Shown: one piece after another, positions 62,556-64,000 of the stretch
How the letters are laid out: the number at the start of each line of letters is the position of its first letter
Position numbering within the stretch: position 1 is the first letter of the stretch
NCBI GenBank assembly: GCA_030264375.1
Contig: JASCQW010000043.1
Span: 77,653,983-77,717,982, forward strand
Length of the DNA: 64,000 nt
DNA from: Carcharhinus longimanus
Taxonomy: Eukaryota
Direction of reading: 5' to 3'
The notes under the pieces: generated by a model
Seen by the model: only the letters and a program-made list of their open reading frames with translations
Databases searched by the model: none
Told to the model about the DNA's origin: nothing
Made by a program: the position numbers and the translations under genes

Positions 62556-64000
62556 TGAACTCATGAACAGGTCTAAGGTCATCACTTACAGCCCTGAAAT
62601 GTGCCAAGTCTACCTCAGATTACCCTGGAGGGCAAGATACCTTAAAACATACGAGCAATAGATAATGGAGGGTGAGCTTACCATTGCATCCCACTGGCCA
62701 ATGGATGGAGCGAACTGGTAAGATCGAGTGAGAGCTGAGAAATTAGGGTAACGTCTGATTTCTTGGCTCTCACCATCTTACTGGCACCAGATATCCAGCA
62801 CGTTCGGGCGTGAGGCTGAATACATTATTTAAATTTATTTCAATGCTCATTTAAATGGAATTATTAAGTCCAGGACAGAATTGTTTGGGCTCACTTGCCT
62901 GTACGGCCTTGCTGGGGAAGGCTCTCTCCAGTGAAGATCACATATGGTCTTCCATCAACAGGGACCAGAAGTGATGGGCTCGCCAGTGCAACTGGAGGCC
63001 ATTGAGACTCTCCCTGGGACTTGAGTAGTAAGGGGATGGTGCTCCTTGGGCAGTACCAGTCTGGCACTGCCAGCCTGGTGGAAATGCCAAGGAAGTGGGG
63101 CTTGAGGGGACTGGACCTACTGGGGGTGCAGCCAGATTAGGGGCTGTCCAGTTGGTGGGGACGAAATGCTGTGCATTTTGCACAGTAACCGGTGAGGGGA
63201 AAGCGACTGCTCTACTCTGCACAGCAATTGGTGGAATGGCTGCCACTCTGCATAGCAATGAGTGGGGAGGGAGCAAAGGGTGGCAGGGGCAGGGGCGGGG
63301 GCAGGGGCAGGGGCGGGGGCGGGGGCGGGTTTCCAACTAATAACAAGAGGCAGTAACAGATCTCTGCTGATCTCAGCACACCGTAATGGCACTCTCTGCT
63401 GCTCTGTCAGCTTTCGGGTGATTTAGGCCCCACCCGCTCCCCCACAGGCAGAAATACAATTGAAGGTTTTTTATCACACAGAATGTATAAGATTCAACTG
63501 GTAACCTCGTTTCAAAAAAAAAAGGATCTGGAACTTTCCCGTTATCATGTCCATTCTAGATATATCTTGGTAAGCTCGCCCCCAAGCTGTTTCATGCTGC
63601 TACTATGCAAAAGCAACACAATTGGTATTCATCACTAATAGGATGCTACCATTAAGCCAAAAAGCTGTTCTGCCTATCATTCTAACAAGTAATGTGGTCT
63701 ATGAATTTCAGTGCTAGTGTGATGTTAGATATACAGACTGTTTATCCCAAAGATTAGCAGACAGTATCAAACAGCATATCCCTTCTGATGTTTAAAACAG
63801 TCAAAGTACAGACCATACCCAGCAAGCCTGTGCCTGCAAAACTCAAAACGTAGTGTTGAACATTAAATATAATTCCACAACTGGACAGTATTTGCCTAAT
63901 AATCCTCAATGTGCAAAGGTTTATGCTAACAACCAATTTAAGATGGTCAGTCAGGCTCACAGTGTAGACATTTGTGTATGGGTGGCTACTTATTAATACA
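62556..64000 (+). mobile_element. Decayed Penelope-like element ORF (linker and GIY-YIG endonuclease), split by a MITE
   Basis: CQVYLRLPW...[MITE]...AVSCCYYA..VFITNRMLP..SNVVYEFQC*CDVRY..SQRLADSIKQHIP..GQYLPNNPQCA..NQFKMVS. Confidence 0.82.
62668..63583. mobile_element. Harbinger-type MITE
   Basis: TIRs GAGGGTGAGCTTACC / GGTAAGCTCGCCCCC (13/15 match). It interrupts the Penelope ORF and has a (GGGGCR)n run at ~63281-63329. Confidence 0.78.

Noticed and set aside
63117-63392. ORFs with PAPAPA / GQGRG repeats
   Set aside because: Translation of a (GGGGCR)n simple repeat inside a MITE.

Overview
Repeat-rich vertebrate genomic DNA, almost certainly a cartilaginous fish (shark). The evidence is the repeat content: HE1/V-SINEs, SacSINE1-like DeuSINEs, CR1, L2 and Rex1/Babar LINEs, Penelope-like elements and many PIF/Harbinger MITEs. 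There are seven N gaps. A CpG island at ~35.8-36.5 kb looks like a bidirectional promoter and carries a 30-bp-periodic array of ACTACAnnTCCCA (ZNF143/THAP11-type) motifs. A minus-strand gene runs leftwards from it: a Kozak ATG sits at the gap edge and a few short, phase-compatible exons follow, but I could not identify the product. A plus-strand first exon ends at ~36519. Almost all ORFs in the supplied track are transposon fragments or chance ORFs. The most unusual items are (1) a ~305-bp U2-snRNA-headed, poly(A)-tailed SINE-like element, (2) minimal hammerhead-ribozyme motifs in Penelope-type termini, two with intact cores, (3) a decayed GalEa-clade Copia LTR retrotransposon, and (4) a decayed two-ORF autonomous Harbinger. 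There is no CRISPR array, rRNA or intact tRNA/snRNA gene. Family assignments come from motif recognition by eye, and repeat boundaries are approximate.
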